Part shown: positions 1-9,223 of the stretch, one piece after another
How positions within the stretch are numbered: position 1 is the stretch's first letter
Layout of the letters: each line of letters starts with the position of its first letter
NCBI GenBank assembly: GCA_903852755.1
Contig: CAINRS010000057.1
Location: 505-64,504, forward strand
Source: an uncultured Actinomycetes bacterium
Lineage (GTDB): Bacteria; Actinomycetota; Acidimicrobiia; Acidimicrobiales; Microtrichaceae
Length of the DNA: 64,000 nucleotides
Direction of reading: 5' to 3'
Made by a program: the position numbers and the translations under genes
Notes under the pieces: model-generated
Database searches by the model: none
Told to the model about the DNA's origin: nothing
Seen by the model: only the letters and a program-made list of their open reading frames with translations

Positions 1-1087
1 CCGGGTCGACGAGTGCGGTGTCGGGGTGCAACCGGCCCCGGAGCCCCTCGAGCGGGACCCGGTGCTGCGGCACGGGCGGGAGGTCCTCGGCGTCGAGGTA
101 CCGCACCGCCACCGTGCCGGTGGTGTGCCCTGCGGCGTCGAGCCAGTTGGCCACACCGGGGTCACGGTGGGCCACCACCAGTCGGACGACGCCGTCGGGG
201 TCGGCGACGGCCTGCTCGTGGTTGAGCGAGACCTGCCGGGATCCGACCGATGCCGTCTCCCAGAACCACGTGGCGAGCTGCACGCCCCAGTAGCGGCACA
301 CGGGCGGCCGCAGTTCCAGGACGACCGCCTCGTCGGGGTCGCACCGGTAGCCGGACATTCCGTAGGCCTGTCCGGTCAGGCCGGTCGCCGTGTCGGGGGC
401 GAGGAACGGCTCGACGGGAGCGGGATCCGAGGCCGCGAGCGACCGGCCCCACTCCCACCAGCACCGGGCGCCGTCGTCCAGCCACGTGCGCAGCAGGTCG
501 ACCCGATGCCGCATGTCGGCCTCGCGGTCGGGTGGCGGCGGCAGGGACCGGTCCGTCCGCTCGACGGTCAACCGGGCGGGGCGGGTGTCCCAGTCACCGA
601 AGTACTCCCGCAGGAACAGGTGGGTCACGTCGGGCTCGAACGGACCGACGACCAACTCGAAGCCCCCCGCACCGTCGGGTACCAGGTCGTCGCGCCCCCA
701 CGACGCCCGGCACCTCCACTCGGTGGCACGACCGTCGGCGAAGTGGCCGGTGTTGGCCTGCAGTTCCCACACCGGAGCCGCGCCGGGGTCGCCCCAGATC
801 CTGTAGGTGCCCGAGGGGTCCACGGCGCAGAGCCGGTAGTTGCAGTCCGGGTTGTCCAGCCCCCACGACATCCTCGGGTCGATGAACCGGACGAACTCGG
901 GGTCGTCCGGATCGCTGAACTCGACGCAGGTCAGCACTCCGGCGACGAGGAACCGGAGCAGGTAGCGGACACCGTCCACGCGGTGCCGCTCGTCGGCGGG
1001 CACCTCGGGGCCGAACACCAGCGGACCGAGCCCGGCGACGTCGTCGGCGAGCGAACGCCACAGCTGCTCGTCGAGCCCGTCGCTCAC
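1..1087 (-). CDS. DUF1214-like conserved hypothetical protein (C-terminus runs off the window start; absent from the supplied ORF track)
   Basis: Minus-strand frame is open from GTG at 1087-1085 to the window edge. My translation reads VSDGLDEQLWRSLADDVAGLGPLVFGPEV...RYLLRFLVAG...WGLDNPDCNYRLCAVDPSGTYRIWG...HRDPGVANWLDAAGHTTGTVAVRYLD. The start forms a GTGA overlap with the stop of the upstream hydratase. It is a clear paralog of 23981-25099. Confidence 0.75.
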   Translation of the reverse strand, partial: MSDGLDEQLWRSLADDVAGLGPLVFGPEVPADERHRVDGVRYLLRFLVAGVLTCVEFSDPDDPEFVRFIDPRMSWGLDNPDCNYRLCAVDPSGTYRIWGDPGAAPVWELQANTGHFADGRATEWRCRASWGRDDLVPDGAGGFELVVGPFEPDVTHLFLREYFGDWDTRPARLTVERTDRSLPPPPDREADMRHRVDLLRTWLDDGARCWWEWGRSLAASDPAPVEPFLAPDTATGLTGQAYGMSGYRCDPDEAVVLELRPPVCRYWGVQLATWFWETASVGSRQVSLNHEQAVADPDGVVRLVVAHRDPGVANWLDAAGHTTGTVAVRYLDAEDLPPVPQHRVPLEGLRGRLHPDTALVDP

Positions 1088-1836
1088 CGGTCGCGCCACT
1101 CCGGTTCCCGCCGTTCGGCGAACGCGCGGCCGCCCTCGGCCGTGTCGGCCATGCCCACCAGTTCCACGGCCTGCTGGTGGCCTCGGGCCAGCACCGCCTC
1201 GGGGTGGTCCCAGGTGCCCCGCAGCACGAGTTCCTTGGAGAACCGCACCGCTCGAGGCGCCAGCGACGCGATGCGGTCGGCGAGACCGATGGCGACGTCG
1301 AGCGCGGTCCCGGCCGGCACCACCCGGTTCAACCAACCCATCTCGAGCAGTCGGGACGCATCCACCGGTTCGTCCCCGAGCAGCACCAGCTCGAGCGCGT
1401 GCGCCGGCAGGACCTGCCGGGCGAGCGCACCGAGCCAGTGGCTCGGCAGGTTCCACCGGACCTCGGGCAACCCGAAGCGGGCGTCCGCACCGGCGACGCG
1501 CAGATCGCACCCGCAGGCCAGCATGAACCCGCCGCCCAGGCAGTACCCCTCGATCGCGGCGAGCACCGGCTTGGACGCCACGGGCTCCGCGAGCTCCGGG
1601 TAGGGCGTGTCGGCGAACCCACCCGTGGCCGCCGCCGTCACGTCGGCCCCGGCACAGAACGACGTCCCGGCTCCGGTCAGCACGGCGACACGCAGGTCCG
1701 GGTCGGCGTCGAAGGCCTCCCACACCCGGCCCAGCTCGTGGAGCGCCGCGCCGTCGTAGGCGTTGTGTCGGGGTGGGTCGTCGAGCGTGACCACCAGCAG
1801 GGCTCCCTGCCGCTCGGTCCGCACCTCCGCTGCCAC
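1084..1836 (-). CDS. enoyl-CoA hydratase/isomerase (crotonase family)
   Basis: C-terminal 250 aa of ORF 1084..2283 reads VAAEVRTERQGALLVVTLDDPPRHNAY...LTGAGTSFCAGADV...IEGYCLGGGFMLACGCDLRVA...FGLPEV. The Arg-rich N-terminal extension was discarded and the start placed at GTG 1836. Confidence 0.85.
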   Translation of the reverse strand: MAAEVRTERQGALLVVTLDDPPRHNAYDGAALHELGRVWEAFDADPDLRVAVLTGAGTSFCAGADVTAAATGGFADTPYPELAEPVASKPVLAAIEGYCLGGGFMLACGCDLRVAGADARFGLPEVRWNLPSHWLGALARQVLPAHALELVLLGDEPVDASRLLEMGWLNRVVPAGTALDVAIGLADRIASLAPRAVRFSKELVLRGTWDHPEAVLARGHQQAVELVGMADTAEGGRAFAERREPEWRDR

Positions 1837-1844
1837 CGGCCGAT

Positions 1845-1885
1845 CCTGACACACCGGGTCCGGCGCCCTGACGCACCGGGTACGG
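1845..1885. repeat. 19-bp direct repeat carrying the operator left arm (CCTGACAC / CCTGACGC), in the divergent hydratase / GMC-partner promoter region
   Basis: CCTGACACACCGGGTCCGG (1845-1863) and CCTGACGCACCGGGTACGG (1867-1885), with a 22-bp period. The second copy ends in TACGGT, 10 nt before GTG 1896. Confidence 0.6.
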
Positions 1886-1895
1886 TGCCGGGGCC

Positions 1896-2507
1896 GTGGA
1901 CGACACGACCACCCCGCCGAGCGCACCGCACCTCGACGACGCGCAGCGCCGCACGCTCGTCGCGCTGTTCGACGCCCTCCTGCCACCGGCTCCAGCCGGC
2001 GACGACCCGGCTCCAGCCGGCGACGACCCGGCTCCGGCCGTGCCGGGCGCCGGGACGGCGGGCGGCGACCGCTACGTCGAACAGCTCCTCGGGGCCTTCG
2101 ACCACGACCCGCCGCGCATCTGGGCAGGTGGGCCGACGTCCGGCCGCCACGGCGGCATCGACGGCTTCGGTGACTTCCTGGAACTCTCGGGCTGGGAGGC
2201 GCTGGCCTGGCGGCGACGCATCGAGGGTTGGGCAGAGGCCTACCGCACCGGCCTGACCCAGCTCGGCGAGGACTTCGCGTCACTGGACGAGTCCGGTCGA
2301 CTCGAGCGCATCGAACGACTCGATCCCGGGTTCCGCGATCTGGCGTTCGAGCACGCGTGCGAGTCGTTGTACGGCGACCCGGTCTACGGCGGCAACCGGG
2401 ACGGCTCGGCGTGGGCGGCGATCGACTTCCGGGGGGACACCGCGCCCACCGGCTGGACCGACGACGAGGTCACGAACCCCCACGGCCCCGGTGGTCCGAC
2501 GTGGTGA
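1896..2507 (+). CDS. gluconate 2-dehydrogenase subunit 3-like small subunit (partner of the GMC oxidoreductase)
   Basis: 203-aa ORF containing ...LYGDPVYGGNRDGSAWAAIDFRGD..., typical of this family. Its stop overlaps the GTG start of the GMC gene (GTGGTGA). It contains a 21-bp tandem repeat encoding PAPAGDD twice. Confidence 0.7.
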   Translation: MDDTTTPPSAPHLDDAQRRTLVALFDALLPPAPAGDDPAPAGDDPAPAVPGAGTAGGDRYVEQLLGAFDHDPPRIWAGGPTSGRHGGIDGFGDFLELSGWEALAWRRRIEGWAEAYRTGLTQLGEDFASLDESGRLERIERLDPGFRDLAFEHACESLYGDPVYGGNRDGSAWAAIDFRGDTAPTGWTDDEVTNPHGPGGPTW

Positions 2508-4231
2508 CCGACTGCGACGCGGTGGTCGTCGGCAGCGGACCGGGCGGTTCGACCGCCGCCCACGCACTCACGAGGGCCGGCTGGGACGTGATCGTGCTCG
2601 AGAAGGGACGCAACCACCTGCTCGCACTCGAACCGCCGTTCGGCCCGCTCGGACACATGTCGAACGACGAGTTGAAGTTCACCCGACGCCACGTGCTCGG
2701 CCCGGACCCGATCCTCGAACCCCGCTCGTTCCGCCGTGACGGCGCCGACGGCGAACGGATCCACGTCGGTGACGTCAACAACCTGCCGTCGACCGTCGGC
2801 GGTGGCGGGGTGCACGCCGACGGCAAGCTCCCCCGGTTCCGCGAGGACGACTTCGCGCTCCGCAGCTCGCTCGGTCCCGTCGAGGGTGCCGACGTCGTCG
2901 ACTGGCCCATCGCCTACGCCGACCTGGAGCCGTACTACGCCGAGGCCGAGCGGTTGGTGGGGGTCGCCGGGGAGGAGACCAATCCGTTCGCAGCGTGGCG
3001 CTCCGGTCCGTTCCCCATGCCCCCGGGTGCCGACATGTTCGGAGCGACGCTGTCGGCACCGGCGGCGGAGCGTCTCGGGCTGCACCCCTATCGGGCCCCG
3101 ACCGGGGCCAACTCCGTCCCCTACGACGGGAGGCCGGCGTGCGTGAACTGCGGGTTCTGCGGATACTACGGGTGCCCGGTGGAGGCCAAGGGCGATCCGG
3201 TGGCACTGCTGCGGGCGGCGCTGCGCACCGGTCGTTGCCGGATCGTTCCGGAGTCCCTCGTCGTCGGCGTCACACGCACCCCGGACGGCAGGACGGCGAC
3301 CGGGGTCCGGTACCTCGACCTGTCGGCCGGGCCCGCAGCGGGTGACCCGCCGGTGCGTGAGCTGCGAAGCCGCGTCGTGGTGCTGGCCGGCGGTGCGTTC
3401 GAGACTCCACGGCTGCTGCTTCGTGACGGCCTGGGGAACTCCTCGGACCAGGTGGGCCGCAACCTGATGGTGCACTTCCAGACGCTCACGGTCGGGGCGT
3501 TCCCGTTCCGGGTGTTCGGGGCCAGTCGCGGCCGTTCGGTCACCCACGTGCACGACGACCACATCGTCGGCGACGACGCCCAGCGCGCCGCGGCGCGCGC
3601 CGCCGGCCTGCCCTGGATCCGCGGCGGCCTGGTGGAGCACGGCGGTGCTGCCGGCCCCGTGCAGGAGGCCCTGATCTACGGTCCTGGCCGCCACCACCCC
3701 GACGCCATGCGCGACTCCTCGCTGCGGGAGCGCCTCTGGGTGTTCACGATGCAGGGCGAGGACCTGGCCCGGCCCGAGAACCGGATCGATCTCGACCCGA
3801 CGCTGCGGGACGTCTGGGGCGGACCGGCGGGACGGATGACCTGGTCACCCCACCGACACGAGCTCGCCGCCTCGGCGCACGTCGGACCGATCCTCGAGGC
3901 CGTCCTGTTCGAGGCCGGAGTCGAGTGGGCCGTGACGAGCACCTCGCCACCGCTCGGCGAGGACGCAGCGGCACACCCCATGGGTCTGGCCCCGGCGAGT
4001 CGACACATCGTCGGTACCGCCAGGATGGGGGCGCGCGCCGAGCACTCGGTCGTCGATCCCGAATGCCGACTCTGGGACTGCCCCAACGTCGTGGTGTGCG
4101 ACAGCTCGGTGTTCTGCACCTCCACGGGGTACGGGCCGACGCTCACGCTGATCGCGCTCGCCGCCCGCACGGCGGCGCTGCTCACCGGTGAGCCACTCAG
4201 CGCGGCAGACCCAGGATCCGGTCCCCGATGA
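2501..4231 (+). CDS. GMC family FAD-dependent oxidoreductase
   Basis: Rossmann motif DAVVVGSGPGGSTAAHALTRAGWDVIVLEKG lies just after GTG 2501/2504. The C-terminal GMC signature is ...HIVGTARMG...SVVDPECRLWDCPNVVVCDSSVFCTSTGYGPTLTLIALA. The upstream part of ORF 2228..4231 is treated as non-coding. Confidence 0.9.
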   Translation: MVTDCDAVVVGSGPGGSTAAHALTRAGWDVIVLEKGRNHLLALEPPFGPLGHMSNDELKFTRRHVLGPDPILEPRSFRRDGADGERIHVGDVNNLPSTVGGGGVHADGKLPRFREDDFALRSSLGPVEGADVVDWPIAYADLEPYYAEAERLVGVAGEETNPFAAWRSGPFPMPPGADMFGATLSAPAAERLGLHPYRAPTGANSVPYDGRPACVNCGFCGYYGCPVEAKGDPVALLRAALRTGRCRIVPESLVVGVTRTPDGRTATGVRYLDLSAGPAAGDPPVRELRSRVVVLAGGAFETPRLLLRDGLGNSSDQVGRNLMVHFQTLTVGAFPFRVFGASRGRSVTHVHDDHIVGDDAQRAAARAAGLPWIRGGLVEHGGAAGPVQEALIYGPGRHHPDAMRDSSLRERLWVFTMQGEDLARPENRIDLDPTLRDVWGGPAGRMTWSPHRHELAASAHVGPILEAVLFEAGVEWAVTSTSPPLGEDAAAHPMGLAPASRHIVGTARMGARAEHSVVDPECRLWDCPNVVVCDSSVFCTSTGYGPTLTLIALAARTAALLTGEPLSAADPGSGPR

Positions 4232-5330
4232 TGGTCCGCTGGATCTCCGAGGTCCCTCCGGCGATCGATGCGGCCCGTGACCACAGGTACTGACGGGACC
4301 ACGTGCCGGCGAGCTGACCGTCGTCGCCCAGCACGTCGAGCGCGGCCGCCGAGAGACCCTGGGTCATGTCGGTCCACGCGAGCTTGATCCAGCTCGACTC
4401 CGGTCCGGGTTCCTCCCCCCTCGCGAGACGGGTGAGTGTGCGCAGGTTGTGGAGCCGCAGCACCCGGAGCTCGACGAACGCTCGCGCCAGGGCGTCGGCG
4501 ACCTCGGTCCGGTCGAGGGCACCCGTGGCGGCCGCCGTGCGGTAGAGCTCGTCGAGGAACACCTCGTGGACGACCTGCTCCTTGAACGGGAAGTTGGTCC
4601 CCCGTTCGTGCGCGAGCGTCGTGTTGGCGACCGTCCAGCCGTCGTCGAGACCCCCGACGAGCTGGTCGTCCGGGACGAAGACACCGTCGAGGAACACCTC
4701 GTTGAACTCGGACTCGCCGGTGATCTGGACGAGCGGCCGGACCTCGATACCCGGAGCGGTCATGTCGACCACCAGGTACGAGATCCCGCGGTGCTTGGAC
4801 GCCTCCGGGTTGGTCCGGGCGAGGCAGATCCCCCACCGGGCGACGGTGGCGTAGCTGGTCCAGACCTTCTGGCCGGTCAGCACCCACCCGCCGTCGACCC
4901 GATCAGCCCTGGTCGTCAACGAGGCCAGGTCGCTGCCGGCGTCCGGCTCGCTGAACAGCTGGCACCAGATCTCCGAGGCGTCGACGATCCCGGGCAGCCA
5001 CCGCCGCCGTTGCTCCTCGGAGCCGCAGGCGAGCAGCGTCGGACCCGTCAGGTTGATCCCGACCCGGTTGACCGGCTGGGGCGCTCCGGCGCGGGCGTAC
5101 TCCATGTTGAACAGGGCCACCTGGACCGGCGACGCCCCGCGCCCACCGTGCGCCTCGGGCCAGGTGAGTCCGACCCACCGACCCGACGCGAGCTTCGCCT
5201 GCCAGCGGCGACCCCACTCGATCTCCGCCTCGAGCGTGTCGAACGGCGGTGGCGGCTCGAGGTGCTCGGCCAGCCAGGCCCGGGCCTCGGCGGCGAAGGC
5301 GAGCTCCTCGTCGGTGAACGACAGGTCCAT
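4197..5330 (-). CDS. acyl-CoA dehydrogenase
   Basis: Starts at internal ATG 5330 (MDLSFTDEELAFAAEARAWL...). ACAD motifs are present: CQLFSEPDAGSDLASL, GQKVWTSYA, GGTSEIQRTIIGDRILGLPR. The N-terminal 240 aa of ORF 4197..6050 overlaps the ligase gene in another frame. Confidence 0.9.
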   Translation of the reverse strand: MDLSFTDEELAFAAEARAWLAEHLEPPPPFDTLEAEIEWGRRWQAKLASGRWVGLTWPEAHGGRGASPVQVALFNMEYARAGAPQPVNRVGINLTGPTLLACGSEEQRRRWLPGIVDASEIWCQLFSEPDAGSDLASLTTRADRVDGGWVLTGQKVWTSYATVARWGICLARTNPEASKHRGISYLVVDMTAPGIEVRPLVQITGESEFNEVFLDGVFVPDDQLVGGLDDGWTVANTTLAHERGTNFPFKEQVVHEVFLDELYRTAAATGALDRTEVADALARAFVELRVLRLHNLRTLTRLARGEEPGPESSWIKLAWTDMTQGLSAAALDVLGDDGQLAGTWSRQYLWSRAASIAGGTSEIQRTIIGDRILGLPR

Positions 5331-5331
5331 C

Positions 5332-7080
5332 TCAGATCTCCCAGAGGTTGGCCCGGCCGGCGTCGACCAGTCCCCGGTGGAGGGCGGCCTCGTCCTCGCT
5401 GGTGAACCGTCGGTACGTCCGCTCGCCCCGGTCGCGCACCCAGAGCTCATCGGACCCCACCCGGTCGCGTCGCAGCTTCTGGTGGACGAGCGTGCGCTTG
5501 ACCACCTTGTTGGTACCCGTCGTCGGCAGGTCCCGGGCGATCCGCACGTAGCGCGGCCGCCACTTCGGAGGGAGCCCGGACTCGTCGTCGAGCCAGCGGG
5601 CCAGGGCCGCAGGGTCGAGGGTGCCGTGGTCGCGCAGGACCACGGCCACGGCGAGCTGGTCCCCGGCGTGGACGTCGGGCACCCCGTAGGCGGCGGCCAC
5701 CACCACCTCGGGGTGGGCCGCCACGGCCTCGTCGATCGGACCGGCCGGGAAGTTCTCTCCGTCCACTCGGATCCAATCCGCCGTCCGACCGGCGAAGTAC
5801 AGGTACCGGTCCTCGTCGAGGTAGCCCAGGTCGCCCGACCAGTACCACCCGCGGCGCAGGGCCGCCGCCGTGGCCTCGTCGTTGTTGTAGTACCCCTCGA
5901 ACGGGCCGGCCCCGGCGGTGTTGACGATCTCGCCGACGCACTCCTGCGCGTTGAGCAGCCGTCCCTCGTCGTCGAACCGTGCTGCGGGCAACACGTCCCC
6001 GTCGGGTCCCACCACGACGACGGTCGGCCCGGCCACGCCCATGGCCCCACGTCGTGGCGGAGCGTCCCGGCTGACGGCGATCGCCCCCTCGGTCGAGCCG
6101 AACGCGTCGATCACCCGGACATCGAACCGCTCGGCGAACGTCTCGAGCACCTCGGGTGACCCCTCGTTGCCGAACGCCACCCGGACGGGATTGTCGGCGT
6201 CGTCGTCGGTCCGGGGCGTCGCCAGGATGTAGCTCAGCGGTTTGCCCGTGTAGTTGAAGTAGGTGGCCCCGTGGCGGCGGACGTCGGGGAGCCACCCGGA
6301 TGCGGAGAAGCGGCGCGCCACGGCGACGCTCGCCCCGACCACGATCGAGGGCGCCCACCCGACCATGAGCGCGTTGGAGTGGAACAGCGGCATGCACACG
6401 TAGCCGACGTCATCGGCGGTGAGCTCCATGAGCATGCGCATCCGGTTGCCGGTGACCAGCAGCCTGCGCTGCGTGCACACGACGGCCTTGGGTGCCGAGG
6501 AGGTGCCACTCGTGAAGATCAGGGCCCAGCGGGCATCGGGTCCCGGCTCCAGCCCCGGGTCCTCGGTCGACAGACGACCGAGGGCCTCGTCGAGGTCGGC
6601 CCCGTCGTCGTCCGGGTCTCCATCCCGCGGGAACCGGTGCGACACCAGGAGCTCGATCCCCGACAGCGAGCTCGCGATCCGCGCGACGTCCGGCCAGTGG
6701 CCGGGCTCGGAGACCAGCAGGTCGACGTCGGTGTGGTGGACGTCGCGGGCGAGGTGCTCACCGGTCCGGGTGTGGTTCAGGCCGACGACGGTGGCACCGG
6801 CGAGCGCAGCGCCACCGAGTGCGAACAGGTAGTCGGGTGTGTTGTCGAGCAGCACCCCGACGTGCAGGGGACGGTCGGCCGAGCGGCGACGGTCCACGAA
6901 CAGCTGGGCCCAGCGGCTGGACTCGGCGTGGTACTCGGCGTGCGTCCAGACCCGATCACCGAAGCGGATCGCCGGACGACCGGCGTGCTCACCGTCGGCG
7001 TTGGACCGCAGCAGTTCAGCGGCGTCGGCGGCCGGGAGCGGGGCCTCACCCGGCGCAGGGGCGTGGGGACTCACGGACAC
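5332..7080 (-). CDS. long-chain acyl-CoA synthetase (AMP-binding, FadD-type)
   Basis: 582-aa ORF with IFTSGTSSAPKAV (AMP-binding P-loop), GWYWSGDLGYLDEDRYLYFAGR and PTTGTNKVVKR. GTG start at 7080 lies 8 nt downstream of a TAACCT -10-like box. Confidence 0.9.
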   Translation of the reverse strand: MSVSPHAPAPGEAPLPAADAAELLRSNADGEHAGRPAIRFGDRVWTHAEYHAESSRWAQLFVDRRRSADRPLHVGVLLDNTPDYLFALGGAALAGATVVGLNHTRTGEHLARDVHHTDVDLLVSEPGHWPDVARIASSLSGIELLVSHRFPRDGDPDDDGADLDEALGRLSTEDPGLEPGPDARWALIFTSGTSSAPKAVVCTQRRLLVTGNRMRMLMELTADDVGYVCMPLFHSNALMVGWAPSIVVGASVAVARRFSASGWLPDVRRHGATYFNYTGKPLSYILATPRTDDDADNPVRVAFGNEGSPEVLETFAERFDVRVIDAFGSTEGAIAVSRDAPPRRGAMGVAGPTVVVVGPDGDVLPAARFDDEGRLLNAQECVGEIVNTAGAGPFEGYYNNDEATAAALRRGWYWSGDLGYLDEDRYLYFAGRTADWIRVDGENFPAGPIDEAVAAHPEVVVAAAYGVPDVHAGDQLAVAVVLRDHGTLDPAALARWLDDESGLPPKWRPRYVRIARDLPTTGTNKVVKRTLVHQKLRRDRVGSDELWVRDRGERTYRRFTSEDEAALHRGLVDAGRANLWEI

Positions 7081-7092
7081 GCCGCCGAGGTT

Positions 7093-7110
7093 ACTGACGC
7101 AGGCGTCAGG
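7093..7110. promoter_or_regulatory. dyad operator copy 1 (ACTGACGCAGGCGTCAGG) in the divergent fadD-like / tetR promoter region
   Basis: Perfect 7+2+7 palindrome CTGACGC-AG-GCGTCAG. On the minus strand TAACCT lies 8 nt before the fadD GTG. On the plus strand TAGGGT (7128-7133) lies 7 nt before the tetR GTG. Confidence 0.75.
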
Positions 7111-7139
7111 TCGTCACCACCGGACGCTAGGGTCGCCGT

Positions 7140-7793
7140 GTGCACGCCGACGCCGCCGACACCAGCCCCGCTCCGTCGCGGGGTGAGGCGACCCGCGCCC
7201 GGCTCCTCGACGCCGGACGGACGGTGTTCGCCCGGCGGGGGTACCGAGCCACGCGTGTCGGCGACATCGTGGCCGAGGCCGGCACCTCCCAGGGCACGTT
7301 CTACCTGTACTTCTCATCCAAGGACGACCTGTTCGACTCGCTCCAGTCGGAGGTCACCTCCGAGTTCACACGGCTCGCCGAGTCCCTGCCCGATCTGGGC
7401 CCGGACCCCGATCGGGTGGCGGCCCTGCAGTCGTGGATCCAGCAGCTGCTGCTCGCCAGCGACCGCCACCGACCCATGCTGCGCGCCGGGACCGAGGCCG
7501 ACAGCACCCGGGGTCGCGAGTCGATCGCCGACCACCTCGGGTCGCTGGGATCGGCACTCGCTGCCCGGAGCGGCCTGCGTGGTCGCCGTTCCTTCGACCC
7601 CGAGGTGGCCGCCCTGGCGCTCGTGTCGACCCTGGAGCGGCTCGACCACATGGCGGGTGACGGCCGACTCGACGTCGGCGACGACGACCTGGCCCGGACG
7701 ACCGCCCGCATCGTGACCGACGCGCTCTACGGGCCGTCGGCCACGGGCGGCGGCGACCGGACCTCCGAACGCGAGCGATCGAGCGCAACCTGA
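7140..7793 (+). CDS. TetR/AcrR family transcriptional regulator
   Basis: N-terminal HTH reads RARLLDAGRTVFARRGYRATRVGDIVAEAGTSQGTFYLYFSSKDDLF. It is divergent from the fadD-like gene. The shared dyad operator sits in its promoter (7093-7110) and across its stop codon (7789-7806). Confidence 0.9.
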   Translation: MHADAADTSPAPSRGEATRARLLDAGRTVFARRGYRATRVGDIVAEAGTSQGTFYLYFSSKDDLFDSLQSEVTSEFTRLAESLPDLGPDPDRVAALQSWIQQLLLASDRHRPMLRAGTEADSTRGRESIADHLGSLGSALAARSGLRGRRSFDPEVAALALVSTLERLDHMAGDGRLDVGDDDLARTTARIVTDALYGPSATGGGDRTSERERSSAT

Positions 7794-7806
7794 CGCTAGT
7801 GTCAGC
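7789..7806. promoter_or_regulatory. dyad operator copy 2 (CCTGACGCTAGTGTCAGC) spanning the tetR stop codon, upstream of the ABC operon
   Basis: Arms are CCTGAC / GTCAGC. The tetR TGA (7791-7793) is inside the left arm. TAGTGT (7797-7802) is a possible -10 box for the SBP operon. Confidence 0.7.
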
Positions 7807-7858
7807 TCTCGAGGTGGACCACCGGGGGGACCACCCACACACCGGGGAGGACGACACC

Positions 7859-9208
7859 GTGACCGAGACCACCACACCCCACCGCAGCAGCCCACTGCGG
7901 TCGCTCGCAGTCACCGCCGTCCTCGCCACAGCGGCGCTCCTCGCCGGGGCGTGTGGCAACTCGGAGTCATCGGGCGGCTCGACGACCACCTCTGCGTCCT
8001 CCCCAGAGACCTCCGCGCTCGACCAGACCAACGTCCCGGTCGACCAGCCCGGTGTGACCGACACCGAGATCCGGGTGGGCGGGGTCGCCTCAGTGACCAA
8101 CCCGCTCGGCGGCAAGTACGGCGACACCTTCCTGGGCGCCCGGGCCTACTTCGAGAAGGTCAACAGCGAGGGCGGGATCTACGGACGCGAGCTGAACCTG
8201 GTGGCCGAACGGGACGACAAGCTCGCCAACAACGCCGCCGAGATCGAGGCGCTCCTGCAACAGGACGACGTCTTCGCCATCCTGCCCATCGCCACCCTGC
8301 TGTTCAGCGGCGCCGACAAGCTCGTCGAGTCGGGCGTCCCGGCGTTCGGTTGGACCATCAACCCGGAGTGGCAGGGCACGCCTGAGGAGCCGAAGTCCAA
8401 CCTGTTCGGCCAGAACGGCTCGTACCTGTGCCTGGGATGCGTCCAACCCCAGGTGCCCTGGGCCGCGAAGCAGGCCGGTGCGACCAAGGCCGGGGTGCTC
8501 GGTTACGCCGTACCGCAGTCCTCACAGTGCGCCGACGGTTGGGAGAAGTCGTTCCAGGAGTACCCCGACGCCGGGGTCGAGGTCGCCTTCAAGGACTCCG
8601 CGCTCTCCTACGGGACGACCGACTTCTCGGTCCAGGTCTCCAAGATGAAGGAGGCCGGCGTCGACTTCGTCGTCACCTGCATCGACAACACCGGTGTCGT
8701 CAACCTCGCCAAGGAACTCAAGAAGCAGGGCGTCGAGGCCGTGCAGTTCCTGCCCAATGCCTACGACCAGGAGCTCCTCGACGAGTTCGGCGACCTGTTC
8801 GAGGGCAGCTTCGCCAGCGTCTCGTTCATCCCGCTCGAGGTGGAGGACAAGCCCCAGGGGATGCAGGACTACCTCGAGTGGATCGAGCAGGTCGGCGGCA
8901 CCCCGAACGAGAATTCCATCGTCGGCTGGCTCAACGCCGCCCTGCTCGTCGAGGGCCTCCGTCAGGCCGGCCCCGAGTTCACCCAGCAGAAGGTGATCGA
9001 CGCCATCAACGCGGACACCAACTGGACCGCTGATGGTTTCCTCACCGGGGTCGACTGGACGAAGTCACACAACCAGCGGGCCGACGTCAACTGCACCCCG
9101 ATCGTCAAGGTGGAGAACTCGGCGTTCGTCCCCCAGACCGGCGCCGACGGCAGGCCCTACGTCTGCTTCGACATCCCGTCCGGGTCGCTCGAGCCGATCA
9201 CCCGGTAG
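7859..9208 (+). CDS. ABC transporter substrate-binding lipoprotein (Liv/Peripla_BP_6 type)
   Basis: Start chosen at GTG 7859, preceded by GGAGG at 7846-7850. Signal peptide plus lipobox LLAGAC. LivJ-like body: IRVGGVASVTNPLGGKYGD...YGRELNLVAERDD. Confidence 0.85.
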   Translation: MTETTTPHRSSPLRSLAVTAVLATAALLAGACGNSESSGGSTTTSASSPETSALDQTNVPVDQPGVTDTEIRVGGVASVTNPLGGKYGDTFLGARAYFEKVNSEGGIYGRELNLVAERDDKLANNAAEIEALLQQDDVFAILPIATLLFSGADKLVESGVPAFGWTINPEWQGTPEEPKSNLFGQNGSYLCLGCVQPQVPWAAKQAGATKAGVLGYAVPQSSQCADGWEKSFQEYPDAGVEVAFKDSALSYGTTDFSVQVSKMKEAGVDFVVTCIDNTGVVNLAKELKKQGVEAVQFLPNAYDQELLDEFGDLFEGSFASVSFIPLEVEDKPQGMQDYLEWIEQVGGTPNENSIVGWLNAALLVEGLRQAGPEFTQQKVIDAINADTNWTADGFLTGVDWTKSHNQRADVNCTPIVKVENSAFVPQTGADGRPYVCFDIPSGSLEPITR

Positions 9209-9223
9209 GGCGGTCGGTCCACG

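Noticed and set aside
26-1603. 525-aa plus-strand ORF, the longest ORF offered at the window start
   Set aside because: The translation is Arg/Gly/Pro/Val-rich with no recognisable motif. The opposite strand encodes a well-formed DUF1214-like protein (1-1087) and a crotonase (1084-1836). It is a typical high-GC shadow frame.
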